This document shows positions 9,146-19,631 of a DNA stretch of 64,000 bases, piece after piece (the stretch's first letter is position 1; every line of letters starts with the position of its first letter). The notes below the pieces were generated by a model that was given only the letters and a program-made list of their open reading frames with translations, had not been told where the DNA came from and ran no database searches. Origin of the DNA: Ferruginibacter sp. (GTDB lineage Bacteria; Bacteroidota; Bacteroidia; Chitinophagales; Chitinophagaceae); the NCBI GenBank assembly GCA_043756235.1, contig JAYURK010000172.1:6310-70309 (forward strand), read 5' to 3'. The translations under genes and the position numbers were made by a program.

Positions 9146-10825
9146 TTATCCTTTTTTACGTTTTACCATTTTAGGCTTTGGTAAAATTACTTTAGCCGGC
9201 TTTCTTTCGCCTTTTAAGGTGGCGGCAATTTTTAACGCTTCGTATGCATTTACTAAACCGCCTGTTTTACTTAGGTCGCCCAGATTCACCATTTCATCAC
9301 TGCCGGGTTTAGTTACTTTATAATCGGGTTGTTGTGCCGATTTTTCAATTACATATTTTAACTGCTTTGCCGAAAGGGTAGGAAAGTACTCAAGCGTTAA
9401 TGCCGCAATGCCAGCTACTAACGGGCAGGCCATACTGGTGCCCTGTAAATTACCATAAGTATTTCCGCCGGGGATAGTTGCGTAAATTTTTACACCCGGA
9501 GAAAAAACATCCACTTCCTTTTTACCATAATTACTAAACGATGCTGCAAGCCCGCCATTTTTTGGATCGCCACTGGCGCCAACGGTTATAACATTGCCTG
9601 CTCTTCCTTTTCCATTTGCATAAATGGGATTAGGGAAATTATCTTCTGTGTCTACATTTTTTGCATCGTTACCGGCAGCATGCACCAACAAAACACTTTT
9701 ACTTTCTGCATAACGAAAAGCATCATCAACCCATTGTTTTTGCGGACTAAAATCTTTTCCAAAACTCATGCTTATTATTTGTGCGCCATTATCAACTGCA
9801 TAACGAATAGCATTTGCAATATCTTTATCATGTTCATCACCATCCGGTACCGCACGTATCATCATAATACGTACATTGTCGGCAATGCCATCCATTCCCT
9901 TTCCGTTGTTACGTGCAGCTGCAATAATACCGCTGCAATGTGTGCCATGCATTGGTGTGCTTGCCATTATATCGTTGTTGCCATAAAAACGATCGTTTAC
10001 ATTGGTTTCATCATCCTGCACAATTTCCTGACGGTAATTTTTGGGTGGATTGTTTTTTGATTCTTCTTTTTTATCTTCTCCACTAACATATTCAGAAAAG
10101 CCTTCCATGAATTCTTTATTGGTAGCTTCTAACTGGTTGTTAGCTTTCATTAAACCCAACAATGCAGACTTCGCTTTTTTTGTTGCATCGTCAGTAGCAA
10201 TAAAAGCATTTAATTCGTTACCGGTAAATACTTCTTTAGCAATTGCAACTTTTAAAATGCTGTCGCTTTTTTGCATGCTGCCCAGCATTCTTTTTAAAAT
10301 AACAAAATCAACCCCGCTTTGATTGTCGCCCTCGCCCATTACTTTGGCTTTTGCTTTTAACCAAACTTCGTATTCAGCAATATCTTTTACGTTTATATTT
10401 TCCCGGTCTTTGCCCTCGTATTTTGCTTTAAGATTATGATACACCCTTGCGGCTTCGTAACTGTCTTCTTTTACATTGCGGCCATCTTTACCTCCAATAA
10501 AATTCCAGCCATTTACATCATCTACATAACCATTGCGGTCATCATCAATACCATTACCCGGTATTTCTTTTGGGTTGGTCCAAAGCACCGGCTTCAAATC
10601 CTCGTGCAAAGTATCAATGCCGCTATCGATTACAGCTACAATAACAGTTTTACTTTTAAGTTTTTTTGTTTTTAAAAAGGTATATGCTTTATCGGCACTT
10701 ACCCCATAATAACCATCGGTTTCTTTGTCCATTAAATGCCAGCCATTGGGAGTAGTTTCTTTTTGGGCACTGGCAGCTGAAATACAAAGGGTACTTAATA
10801 ATAATACGATTAGAGATTTATACAT
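9146..10825 (-). CDS. S8 family serine peptidase
   Basis: Canonical triad VIDSG / HGTHCSG / GTSMACP plus oxyanion AAGN; signal peptide. Confidence 0.93.
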   Translation of the reverse strand: MYKSLIVLLLSTLCISAASAQKETTPNGWHLMDKETDGYYGVSADKAYTFLKTKKLKSKTVIVAVIDSGIDTLHEDLKPVLWTNPKEIPGNGIDDDRNGYVDDVNGWNFIGGKDGRNVKEDSYEAARVYHNLKAKYEGKDRENINVKDIAEYEVWLKAKAKVMGEGDNQSGVDFVILKRMLGSMQKSDSILKVAIAKEVFTGNELNAFIATDDATKKAKSALLGLMKANNQLEATNKEFMEGFSEYVSGEDKKEESKNNPPKNYRQEIVQDDETNVNDRFYGNNDIMASTPMHGTHCSGIIAAARNNGKGMDGIADNVRIMMIRAVPDGDEHDKDIANAIRYAVDNGAQIISMSFGKDFSPQKQWVDDAFRYAESKSVLLVHAAGNDAKNVDTEDNFPNPIYANGKGRAGNVITVGASGDPKNGGLAASFSNYGKKEVDVFSPGVKIYATIPGGNTYGNLQGTSMACPLVAGIAALTLEYFPTLSAKQLKYVIEKSAQQPDYKVTKPGSDEMVNLGDLSKTGGLVNAYEALKIAATLKGERKPAKVILPKPKMVKRKKG

Positions 10826-10906
10826 GCTTGTTTATTTTTTTTCAAAGTTAATAAAGAAATATGTACAGGTTGCTATTGCTATGTTAAATGGGGCAAAACC
10901 GTATTG

Positions 10907-12238
10907 CTATTGTTTTTCGAAGACGCAAATTTCAACCCTCCTGTTTTTCCATTGCAACAGCGGATCCGTTAAATCTGCAACAGGTTGCGTATTGCCTAAA
11001 GACAGAATGCTTAGCCTGTTTCTGCTGATGTAAAAGCTGGCAACATAATCGGCACATACGCTGGCCCTGCTTAAAGAGCGGCTGTTATTGGCCTCCTGGT
11101 TTCCGGCATTGTCGGTATGGCCTTTAAATATGGCAACCAATTTTGGATTGGCTTTTAATTGCTGAATTACTTTTGTTAAAATACTATAAGCCTCGCTGCG
11201 TAAAATGCTTTTGGCCGGTTCAAAATATACCAGATAACAGGAGGTATCTTTAGAAGCTTTTTTTAAAGTATCGCTGAATAAAGGACAACCATTATTAGTA
11301 ACCGGTCCGCCAACAGCAATACATTTATCATTATCATCATTTACACCATCACCATCGGTATCGGGTACAGGGCAACCATTATATTTTATAACGCCTTTGT
11401 GGCCCGGGCATTTGTCATCTTTGTTTGCAATGCCATCTGCATCAGTATCGCCTAAACTGTCAATCACAACGGGGATGTATGCAATTTCTTTTTCTTTAGA
11501 TTTTTTCTCTTTAATTTTTTTCTCCTCGTTTTTTACATGTTGCAGTAAGGTATATCCCAGGTTTAAGCCAAAAGTTTTTGTTTTATGTTTTACTTCTTTT
11601 TGTACGTCGTTATAATAATCACCTAACGGAATATTTGCATTAAAGTAGATAGAAAAATTATTTACCTGAAAGCCAGCTGCAAAGCCAAGGCTGATAAATG
11701 ATTTTTTAAACCGGGGTTCAGAAAGTTTGCTGTTAGAATTGTTTAGAGGCAAAACAGCAGTGCCAAAATAATTGCTATTAATAATTTCTTTACCGCCGGT
11801 TAAAAAACTAATTGCAGGCCCGGTGCCGGCAAAAAAACTATTATTCTCGCCGAATGTAAATTTTTTACGCAGGTAAATATTTACATCTGCATAATTTAAT
11901 TTTTGCGAATACGAAGAATCTTTTACCGTATTTATATTACCGGTTTCATTAATCATTTGATATTTAAAACCTTTGTTGTTGTACACAGCAGTAGTGTACA
12001 CACCCACACCACTGTTGGTTAAAGAAAAATCACCTGTAAGTCCTGCCCACAGTGCGGTGCTGGATGAATACCGGTTATAATCTTCTGGCGAAAACGGAAA
12101 TTTATACAGTGCCGATTTACCGGCACCTGCAATTATGCCATATTTACTTTGGGCAAAACTGCCTTGCAATAAAAATAAAAAAATTACTGCAGAAATTATT
12201 TTTCTGCTTAAATCGTTAGGTTTGGTTTGCTTTGGCAT
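10907..12238 (-). CDS. OmpA family protein (N-terminal beta-barrel, thrombospondin type 3 repeats, peptidoglycan-binding domain)
   Basis: DTDADGIANKDDKCP and DTDGDGVNDDNDKC repeats; GHTD..G....N..LS..RA and NRRVEI. Confidence 0.88.
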   Translation of the reverse strand: MPKQTKPNDLSRKIISAVIFLFLLQGSFAQSKYGIIAGAGKSALYKFPFSPEDYNRYSSSTALWAGLTGDFSLTNSGVGVYTTAVYNNKGFKYQMINETGNINTVKDSSYSQKLNYADVNIYLRKKFTFGENNSFFAGTGPAISFLTGGKEIINSNYFGTAVLPLNNSNSKLSEPRFKKSFISLGFAAGFQVNNFSIYFNANIPLGDYYNDVQKEVKHKTKTFGLNLGYTLLQHVKNEEKKIKEKKSKEKEIAYIPVVIDSLGDTDADGIANKDDKCPGHKGVIKYNGCPVPDTDGDGVNDDNDKCIAVGGPVTNNGCPLFSDTLKKASKDTSCYLVYFEPAKSILRSEAYSILTKVIQQLKANPKLVAIFKGHTDNAGNQEANNSRSLSRASVCADYVASFYISRNRLSILSLGNTQPVADLTDPLLQWKNRRVEICVFEKQ

Positions 12239-12383
12239 ACTAAGATGCTGGGGGTTAGTTTGGTGGAATGGTGAATGGGTGTCTACAAAATTTTAAATTG
12301 GTAAATGCCCTTTTAACCTGGTGTAATTACACAAATATCTTTTATAAATATAATAAAAAAATAAAGGCTTTTGTTTATTTAAT

Positions 12384-13907
12384 CTACAGATCAAATTTAA
12401 TGCCCTGTGCAAGCGGTAATTTATCGGTATAATTTATAGTGTTGGTTTGCCTGCGCATGTAAACCTTCCAGGCATCGCTGCCACTTTCCCGGCCACCGCC
12501 TGTTTCTTTTTCTCCACCAAATGCTCCGCCAATTTCGGCACCGGAAGTGCCAATGTTAACATTAGCTATTCCGCAATCGCTGCCACTTTGCGATAAAAAA
12601 GCTTCAGCTTCCCGTAAATTTCCCGTCATAATTGCGCTGGATAAACCCTGTGGTACACCGTTTTGCATGGCTATGGCTTCATCTAAAGTTTTATATTTCA
12701 TTAAATATAAAATGGGGGCAAAAGTTTCATGCTGTACAATGGCAAAATTATTTTTGGCTTCGGCAATGCAGGGTTTTACATAGCAGCCGCTTTCGTATCC
12801 TTTTCCTTTTAATACACCACCTTCCACAATAAAATTTCCACCTTCGGCTTTGCATTTTTCAATAGCAGCCAAATACATATTTACGGCATCTTTATCAATT
12901 AAAGGACCTACATGGTTTTTTTGATTAAGCGGATCACCAATTTTTAACTGGCCGTAAGCATGTACTAATTTTTCTTTAAATTTATTGTACACCGCTTCAT
13001 GAATAATTAATCTTCGGGTAGAAGTACATCTTTGCCCTGCAGTGCCTACTGCACCAAATGCAGCACCAATTAATGCCATATCCAAATCGGCATTTTTGGT
13101 AATGATGATGGCGTTGTTACCACCCAATTCTAATAAACTTCTGCCTAATCTTTCGCCAACTGCCTTGCTAACAGCTTTGCCCATTCTTGTGCTGCCGGTT
13201 GCTGAGAGTAAAGGCATTCTTATATCGTTACTCATCCATTCACCTACATCTCTTCCTCCCACAATTATATTACTTACGCCTTCGGGCACTGCATTTTTTT
13301 TAAAAACAGATTGAATAATATTCTGGCAGGCAATAGCACAAAGCGGCGTTTTTTCGCTGGGCTTCCATACACATACATCGCCGCAAACCCATGCTAATGA
13401 AGCATTCCAGCTCCACACTGCCACCGGAAAGTTAAAGGCTGATATTACACCAACAATACCTAAAGGGTGATACTGCTCGTACATTCTGTGGCCCGGCCTT
13501 TCGCTGTGCATGGTTAGGCCGTGCAATTGGCGTGACAGGCCTACAGCAAAATCGCAGATGTCTATCATTTCCTGTACTTCGCCTAAGCCTTCCTGTAAGC
13601 TCTTACCCATTTCGTAACTTACCAGCTCGCCCAGTGGCTGTTTGTTATTGCGTAATGCTTCACCCACCTGCCGCACAACTTCGCCGCGTTTGGGTGCAGG
13701 CCATTGCCGCCACTCCTTAAATGCAGCCTGCGCTTTTGTTATTACCGCATCATAATTATTTTTATCAGCACCGGTTACCGTGGCAATCAACTGCCCGTTA
13801 ACTGGTGAGAAGGAATTTATTTTTTCGCCTTTAGCTTTTGGCCATTGCAAACCTGTAGAAACACCGTTATTATTTTTTTGAATTTTTAATTGGGAGAGAA
13901 ACTTCAT
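12384..13907 (-). CDS. amaB: ALDH7-type aldehyde dehydrogenase (piperideine-6-carboxylate / aminoadipate semialdehyde dehydrogenase)
   Basis: SAFNFP, LLELGGNN, GTAGQRCT (catalytic Cys), GAEIGGAFGGEKETGGGRESGSD. Confidence 0.85.
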   Translation of the reverse strand: MKFLSQLKIQKNNNGVSTGLQWPKAKGEKINSFSPVNGQLIATVTGADKNNYDAVITKAQAAFKEWRQWPAPKRGEVVRQVGEALRNNKQPLGELVSYEMGKSLQEGLGEVQEMIDICDFAVGLSRQLHGLTMHSERPGHRMYEQYHPLGIVGVISAFNFPVAVWSWNASLAWVCGDVCVWKPSEKTPLCAIACQNIIQSVFKKNAVPEGVSNIIVGGRDVGEWMSNDIRMPLLSATGSTRMGKAVSKAVGERLGRSLLELGGNNAIIITKNADLDMALIGAAFGAVGTAGQRCTSTRRLIIHEAVYNKFKEKLVHAYGQLKIGDPLNQKNHVGPLIDKDAVNMYLAAIEKCKAEGGNFIVEGGVLKGKGYESGCYVKPCIAEAKNNFAIVQHETFAPILYLMKYKTLDEAIAMQNGVPQGLSSAIMTGNLREAEAFLSQSGSDCGIANVNIGTSGAEIGGAFGGEKETGGGRESGSDAWKVYMRRQTNTINYTDKLPLAQGIKFDL

Positions 13908-13925
13908 GTTGCATTATTTAAGCTG

Positions 13926-13933
13926 CAAATTTA
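13926..13933 (-). promoter_or_regulatory. Bacteroidota -7 promoter element for the ALDH gene
   Basis: TAAATTTG on the minus strand matches TAnnTTTG, about 20 nt before the ATG. Confidence 0.6.
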
Positions 13934-13964
13934 CAAATGCAGATTGATAAAATATATTCGCAGT

Positions 13965-14783
13965 TTAGTACTGTTCATTGTCGTTTGGAAAGTCTTTACT
14001 TTTTACATCTTTAATATATTGCTGTACCGCACCGGTAACCTGTTCGCTTAAATTTAAATACTGGCGCAAAAAACGCGGTTTAAATTCTGTGTTGATACCC
14101 AGCATATCATGCATTACCAAAACTTGCCCGTCACAATCGCCGCCACCGCCAATACCAATGGTGGGTATATGCAAACTTTCTGTAACTTCTTTGGCAAGTG
14201 CTGCCGGAATTTTTTCAAGTACTATTGCAAAACAGCCGGCTTCCTGTAACAACAAAGCATCTTTTCTTAATTTATTGGCTTCCTGTTCTTCGGTTGCCCG
14301 TACCACATAAGTGCCAAATTTATTTATGGATTGCGGGGTTAATCCTAAATGCCCCATTACAGGAATGCCTGCACTAACAATTTTTTTTACAGAGTCCAGC
14401 ACTTCTTCGCCACCTTCCAGCTTTACAGTGTTGGCACCGCTTTCTTTCATTATCCTGATGGCAGATGCTAAAGCGATATCGGAGTTGGATTGATAATAAC
14501 CGAAAGGTATGTCGCAAACAATCAGGCTGCGCTCTCTTGCCCTCACCACACTTTGGGCATGATAAATCATCTGATCCAGTGTAATGGGCAGCGTGGTAAC
14601 GTGGCCGGCCATTACATTACTGGCACTGTCGCCTACTAAAATAATATCAATACCAGCAGCATCAAAAATAGTGGCAAAAGAAAAATCATAAGCTGTGATC
14701 ATGGCAATTTTTTCGCCGGCAGCCTTCATTTTTTGAAGGGTATTTGTGGTAACTTTTTTTACTTCTTTTATTGATGCAGACAT
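13965..14783 (-). CDS. panB: 3-methyl-2-oxobutanoate hydroxymethyltransferase
   Basis: [40 protein letters not shown]. Confidence 0.97.
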   Translation of the reverse strand: MSASIKEVKKVTTNTLQKMKAAGEKIAMITAYDFSFATIFDAAGIDIILVGDSASNVMAGHVTTLPITLDQMIYHAQSVVRARERSLIVCDIPFGYYQSNSDIALASAIRIMKESGANTVKLEGGEEVLDSVKKIVSAGIPVMGHLGLTPQSINKFGTYVVRATEEQEANKLRKDALLLQEAGCFAIVLEKIPAALAKEVTESLHIPTIGIGGGGDCDGQVLVMHDMLGINTEFKPRFLRQYLNLSEQVTGAVQQYIKDVKSKDFPNDNEQY

Positions 14784-15003
14784 TGTAGATATTTTTTAAT
14801 TAAATAATGGCGAAATGGAGTTGGCTCTGCATTTAGAATAAAACAAGTCCTGATAAGTAATCGCTTATGTAAAAGTAGAAAGAATTTTAATTGAAAACTA
14901 TTTATAAAAATTTTAGAGTCACTTTAATTTGCCAAGGTTTCAGGTTTTTATTTCAAAAAAGAAAAATGAGTGATTATTAATTTTTAAGACTGTATTAATT
15001 TGA

Positions 15004-15882
15004 TTATTTCACCTCCTGCCACAAATGCTGTATCAATCCATCCACCAAACCAATTTTTGGCACATAAATTTCTGCAGCCTCGGCCCAGCGCATGGCATTG
15101 GTGTAAATTTGTAAAGCTGGTACAATTACATCGGCACGGTCTTCTCTTAAACCATATTTTGTAATTCTTTCGGCTACACTAACATTGCCCAGTTCTTTAT
15201 AATAATCTCTTAACAACTCCAGCGATAATGGTTTGCCATCTTTGCGTTTGCTCATACTGAAAACTTTATTGATATTACCACCGCTCCCAATAGCCACCAC
15301 TTCTTTATGGCCCCTGGTAACGGTACGCAGCGCCTCTTTCATTTCAAACCACTGTGCATCTTTTACCATATTTTTTAATAAACGGATAGTACCAATGTTG
15401 AAAGATTTTTTATAAGTAAGAATGCCATTACTAAAAAACGACAGCTCGGTACTGCCGCCGCCTACATCTATATACAAATAGCTGTGGTCTTTATCCATGT
15501 TTTCGGCCACATGGTTTTCGTACACCAAATTAGCTTCAGTATCGCCGCTGATTACTTCAATGGCAATACCGGATTCTTCCTTTATTTTTTTTATGATAAC
15601 GGCGGCATTTTTTGCATCCCTCATGGCGCTGGTGGCACAGGCTTTTACATGCGCAACGCCATAAGCATTCATTAAATGTTTATACGCTTGCATAGTTTGC
15701 ATCACCATATCTGTTCTTGCGGCTGAAATTTCGCCTGTTTCAAAAACATCAAAGCCCAGCCTTAATGGCACCCTTAGTAAATTAAGTTTATTAAAAACAG
15801 CGTTGCCTTTTTCATCAACCAATACTTCTGTAATTAAAAGCCTTGCTGCGTTACTGCCTATATCAATTGCTGCTAATATCAA
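15004..15882 (-). CDS. ppx: Exopolyphosphatase, Ppx/GppA family
   Basis: AAIDIGSNA, ATSAMRDA, IDVGGGSTE, RADVIVP; directly downstream of ppk1. Confidence 0.93.
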   Translation of the reverse strand: MILAAIDIGSNAARLLITEVLVDEKGNAVFNKLNLLRVPLRLGFDVFETGEISAARTDMVMQTMQAYKHLMNAYGVAHVKACATSAMRDAKNAAVIIKKIKEESGIAIEVISGDTEANLVYENHVAENMDKDHSYLYIDVGGGSTELSFFSNGILTYKKSFNIGTIRLLKNMVKDAQWFEMKEALRTVTRGHKEVVAIGSGGNINKVFSMSKRKDGKPLSLELLRDYYKELGNVSVAERITKYGLREDRADVIVPALQIYTNAMRWAEAAEIYVPKIGLVDGLIQHLWQEVK

Positions 15883-15896
15883 TGTGTGTGGTTAAA

Positions 15897-15928
15897 TAGT
15901 TGATTAGTTGATTAGTTGATTAGTTGAC
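15897..15928. repeat. 8-mer tandem array (TAGTTGAT)3 TAGTTGAC
   Basis: Read directly; lies in the ppk1-ppx spacer, 14 nt upstream of the ppx start. Confidence 0.9.
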
Positions 15929-15978
15929 GAATAAACTTTGAGAACGAATTTACGCTTTACCGTTTAAACGGGTTTGCT

Positions 15979-18039
15979 TTAAATTGATTTGCGATACAGA
16001 TAATTATAGGTTTCCAGCTGGCTGCGTATTTTTTTGGTGTTGCGTGGGTTTACATACTGGTTACTTAATTCATTATCCAAAATTCTTGCTTTCATATTAT
16101 CGTTCAGTTGTATCTGCATAATGTCTTTTAATTCATGCTGTATTTCTTTATCAAAAATGGGGCAGGCGGCTTCTATGCGGTGGTCAATATTTCTCACCAT
16201 CCAATCGGCACTGGAAAGAAAAACTTTTTCCTTTCCACGGTTATGAAAGATCATTACCCTTGCATGCTCCAGGTATTCATCAACAATACTTATAGCATAT
16301 ACTTCTTTAAATTTTGAATTTTCGGTTAACATACAGCAAATTCCTCTTATAATAATATTGATTACTACACCTGCTTTAGCAGCTTCATACAATTTTTCAA
16401 TCAGCAATTCATCGCTAAGCGAATTTAATTTTAAAGTGATGGCTGCTTCTTTTTTTGCTTTTGCAGCGGTAATTTCTTTTCGTATCAGTTGCATCAATTG
16501 CTTGCGCATGGCGGCAGGACTAACCAAAATAGTTTTACAGGCTCTTAAAAAATGCGGCCGCATTTTAGGTTGCTCCAGGTAATGAAAAATTCTGTTTACA
16601 TCGGCCATAATATTTTTATTGGCTGTAAGCAAACAATGATCGCCATAAATTTTTGCGGTCTGTTCGTTTATGTTGCCCGTACTTACAAAGCCATACAAAA
16701 TAATTTTATTATCCTTTACCTTTTTTATTAAACAAAGTTTAGCATGCACTTTCATTTCGGGTACACCCAGTAAAACTTTTACGCCGGCTTCTTCCAGTTC
16801 TTCTTTCCATTCTAAATTGGCTTCTTCATCAAACCTTGCCCGTAATTCTAAAACTGCGGTAACCTGTTTGCCATTGCGTACCGCATTGGTTAATGCATTA
16901 ATTATTTTTGACCGGGCAGCCAGGCGGTAGCAGGTAATTTTAATGCTCACTACTTCCGGGTCAATAGCTGCCTCCCGTAACAAATCTATAACGGTATCAA
17001 AGCTGTGATAAGGAAAATGCAGTACTATATCTTTTTGTAAAATTACATCAGTAGTGCGGCTTACATTTTTTAATGCCGGATGAAGAAAAGGTTTTTTCCG
17101 CGGATTTTTTTTGGTAAAAACTGCCTCTGGAAAATCCATAAAATCTTTATAATTATGAATGCGGCCCCCGGGTATTAAATTATCTTTATGTGTAAGCCCG
17201 ATTCGTTTTATAAGATAAGCCAGCAACGAAGCATCAATATCTTTGTCATACACAAAACGAACCGCCTTTCCTTTTTTGCGGTTTTTTAAACCCTTTTCAA
17301 TTTTTTGTATAAGCGAGGTGGCTACATCATTATCAATATCAATTTCTGCATCACGGGTTACTTTAATAATGGCAGATGAAAAACTGTCGTATCCAAAAAA
17401 AGAAAAAATATTAGGCAGGCAAAACCTGATCACATCCTCCAGCAGCATAATGTGTTGTTCATTTTGTTTACTGGGCAATATAATAAAGCGGGAGAGGCGC
17501 CGGGCAGGTACCGACACCAGTGCAAATTTTTTAGGTACACTTTTATCTTTTTTACTGAGTGTACAGGCCAGGTAAATAGATTTATCGCTCAGTGTAGGAA
17601 ACTCCTGTATACTTTCCAGCATCAACGGTACAATGTTGCTGCGTATTTCTTCATTAAAATAATTGAGTACAAATTTTTGTTGTACACGGTTTATTTTTTT
17701 TTCGGTAATTAAAAATATTTTTTCTTTTTTTAATTCTCTTAATATTTCATTCCATATCCTGTCAAACTCTTTTTGCTGTGCCAAAACTTTTTCCTGAATT
17801 TCTTCCAGAATAAGGCTGGGGTTAATTTCCAGGTGCATATTTTTTTTTTGCCCTATAGCAATCATGCGGTTAAGTGTGGCTACCCGTACCCTGAAAAATT
17901 CATCGAGGTTATTTGAAAAAATGCCTAAAAAACGTATGCGTTCTCTCAGGGGTACACTATCGTCTGCTGCTTCCTGCAGCACACGGCTGTTAAATGAAAG
18001 CCAGCTGATATCTCTTACTATTGTTTTTTGTTTAGACAA
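15979..18039 (-). CDS. ppk1: Polyphosphate kinase 1
   Basis: RDISWLSFNSRVL, NLDEFFRVRVA, HFPYHSF, ELRARFDEEAN, KVHAK, SSADWMVRN. Confidence 0.97.
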   Translation of the reverse strand: MSKQKTIVRDISWLSFNSRVLQEAADDSVPLRERIRFLGIFSNNLDEFFRVRVATLNRMIAIGQKKNMHLEINPSLILEEIQEKVLAQQKEFDRIWNEILRELKKEKIFLITEKKINRVQQKFVLNYFNEEIRSNIVPLMLESIQEFPTLSDKSIYLACTLSKKDKSVPKKFALVSVPARRLSRFIILPSKQNEQHIMLLEDVIRFCLPNIFSFFGYDSFSSAIIKVTRDAEIDIDNDVATSLIQKIEKGLKNRKKGKAVRFVYDKDIDASLLAYLIKRIGLTHKDNLIPGGRIHNYKDFMDFPEAVFTKKNPRKKPFLHPALKNVSRTTDVILQKDIVLHFPYHSFDTVIDLLREAAIDPEVVSIKITCYRLAARSKIINALTNAVRNGKQVTAVLELRARFDEEANLEWKEELEEAGVKVLLGVPEMKVHAKLCLIKKVKDNKIILYGFVSTGNINEQTAKIYGDHCLLTANKNIMADVNRIFHYLEQPKMRPHFLRACKTILVSPAAMRKQLMQLIRKEITAAKAKKEAAITLKLNSLSDELLIEKLYEAAKAGVVINIIIRGICCMLTENSKFKEVYAISIVDEYLEHARVMIFHNRGKEKVFLSSADWMVRNIDHRIEAACPIFDKEIQHELKDIMQIQLNDNMKARILDNELSNQYVNPRNTKKIRSQLETYNYLYRKSI

Positions 18040-18064
18040 GGATAATTTTTTAATGACTTTGAAT

Positions 18065-18553
18065 TTATTTTTTCATTTTTTCAATAATAGCAGTTGTAGA
18101 AAATCCCTGCAGTATGGGGGCAATTATTACCTGCCCTCCGTTGGCTGTTACTTCCTTTGCACCAACAATAGTATCAATGGTATAATCACCACCTTTAACC
18201 AGCACATCAGGTAAAATTGATGTGATTAAATGGTGGGGCGTATCTTCTTCAAAAATAATTACAGCATCAGTAATCAGTAAAGCGGCTAAAAGCAAAGCCC
18301 TGGAATTTTGATTGTTTACAGGCCGGCTCTCTCCTTTTAATCTTTTTACCGATGCATCGGCATTAACACCCACAATTAATATACTGCCATGGGTAGCCGC
18401 TTCGCTTAATGAAGCAATATGGCCTTCATGCAAAATATCAAATACACCGTTAGTAAAAACAATTTTTTTATTTTGTAAGCGCCAGCGTTTTAACTGAGCC
18501 TGTAAAGTTTGCAGTGTAAATATTTTATCGGGTATCGATTGTACGGTTTTCAT
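18065..18553 (-). CDS. rfaE2: D-glycero-beta-D-manno-heptose 1-phosphate adenylyltransferase
   Basis: VFTNGVFDILHEGH, SVKRLKG..RP, VLVKGGDY, STT.IIEK. Confidence 0.92.
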   Translation of the reverse strand: MKTVQSIPDKIFTLQTLQAQLKRWRLQNKKIVFTNGVFDILHEGHIASLSEAATHGSILIVGVNADASVKRLKGESRPVNNQNSRALLLAALLITDAVIIFEEDTPHHLITSILPDVLVKGGDYTIDTIVGAKEVTANGGQVIIAPILQGFSTTAIIEKMKK

Positions 18554-19550
18554 TTTTTTGTTTATTAATGTAAGGCAATACCAGTAAACAAATAAAGCCT
18601 ACAACAAGTGTAATTAAAAATTGTGCCGACCATTGCAGCCAGCCATTTGCTGTGCCAAAACTTTCGGGCACTTTGTACAGCAGCATCGCTTCCATTAAAA
18701 ACACCGGATATAATCCAATACCGCCGGGTGTTACCATGGTGGCCACAGTACCAAAAACCAATACCGGAAAAGCTGCAAGCAGCGGTAACACCGAGGTTTC
18801 TTTTATAGCAAAAAAACCAATGTAAGTACCCCCCAAATAGCAGGCCCAAATAAAAACGCTGTGCAAAATAAACAGCCATTTATTCTTCAAATTTCTTACG
18901 CTTAATAATCCTGCTTTTACACCAATAAAAATATTTTTTATACGCTGCACCAATTTGATGTGCAAGTATTTTTTAAAAATAAATTTTAAAATAAGTATTG
19001 CTGCAATGATAATTAAGATGACCACAATAAACTTTGCAACACCGGTACCTTTATCTTGAGAAAGAAAATAAGCATCTAATTTTTCTTTAGCGTAAGCACC
19101 TACAACTTTTGCCTGCGTTAAAAGCGAAATGATAATGATAATTAAGAATGAAATTAAATCTACGGCTCTTTCCACTAATATTGTTCCTACCAGTTTATCC
19201 GGTGGTACTTTTTCGTATTTGCCTAATATGGTACATTTTAAAACCTCTCCCAAACGGGGAAAAGCAAAATTGGCCAGGTAACCCACCATAACTGCCGAAA
19301 AGGTGTTACTTAAACGGGGGTTGTACCCCATAGCATTCATTAAAATTTTCCAGCGCATGGCCCTGCTTAAATGGCTTGCAGTTATTATAAAAAAAACAGG
19401 AATTAACAGATAGTAGTTGGCCGTTTTTAATGCATTAATAAACTCCGCATAATCTTTATCGCTCAACTTGTGCACACTCCACCAAACTAAAAAAATACCC
19501 AAGCCAAAAAAAATACCAAATTTTAATAATGAGATTAACCTTTTTTGCAT
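18525..19550 (-). CDS. Lysylphosphatidylglycerol synthase TM-domain (flippase-like) membrane protein
   Basis: R..RW..L, GYLAN..FPRLGEV, GTI.VER..D and TPGGIG motifs; multiple TM helices. Confidence 0.88.
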   Translation of the reverse strand: MQKRLISLLKFGIFFGLGIFLVWWSVHKLSDKDYAEFINALKTANYYLLIPVFFIITASHLSRAMRWKILMNAMGYNPRLSNTFSAVMVGYLANFAFPRLGEVLKCTILGKYEKVPPDKLVGTILVERAVDLISFLIIIIISLLTQAKVVGAYAKEKLDAYFLSQDKGTGVAKFIVVILIIIAAILILKFIFKKYLHIKLVQRIKNIFIGVKAGLLSVRNLKNKWLFILHSVFIWACYLGGTYIGFFAIKETSVLPLLAAFPVLVFGTVATMVTPGGIGLYPVFLMEAMLLYKVPESFGTANGWLQWSAQFLITLVVGFICLLVLPYINKQKNENRTIDTR

Positions 19551-19631
19551 ATCGGTTACAAATTACGAATAGATATTTGAAATTAAATTTTGAAATATTA
19601 AAATTAATATGGCTAAATACCATTTGTAATT

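Noticed and set aside
11290-11455. Repeated Asp/Gly/Cys motifs in the OmpA gene
   Set aside because: Ordinary thrombospondin type 3 repeats, common in Bacteroidota OmpA proteins
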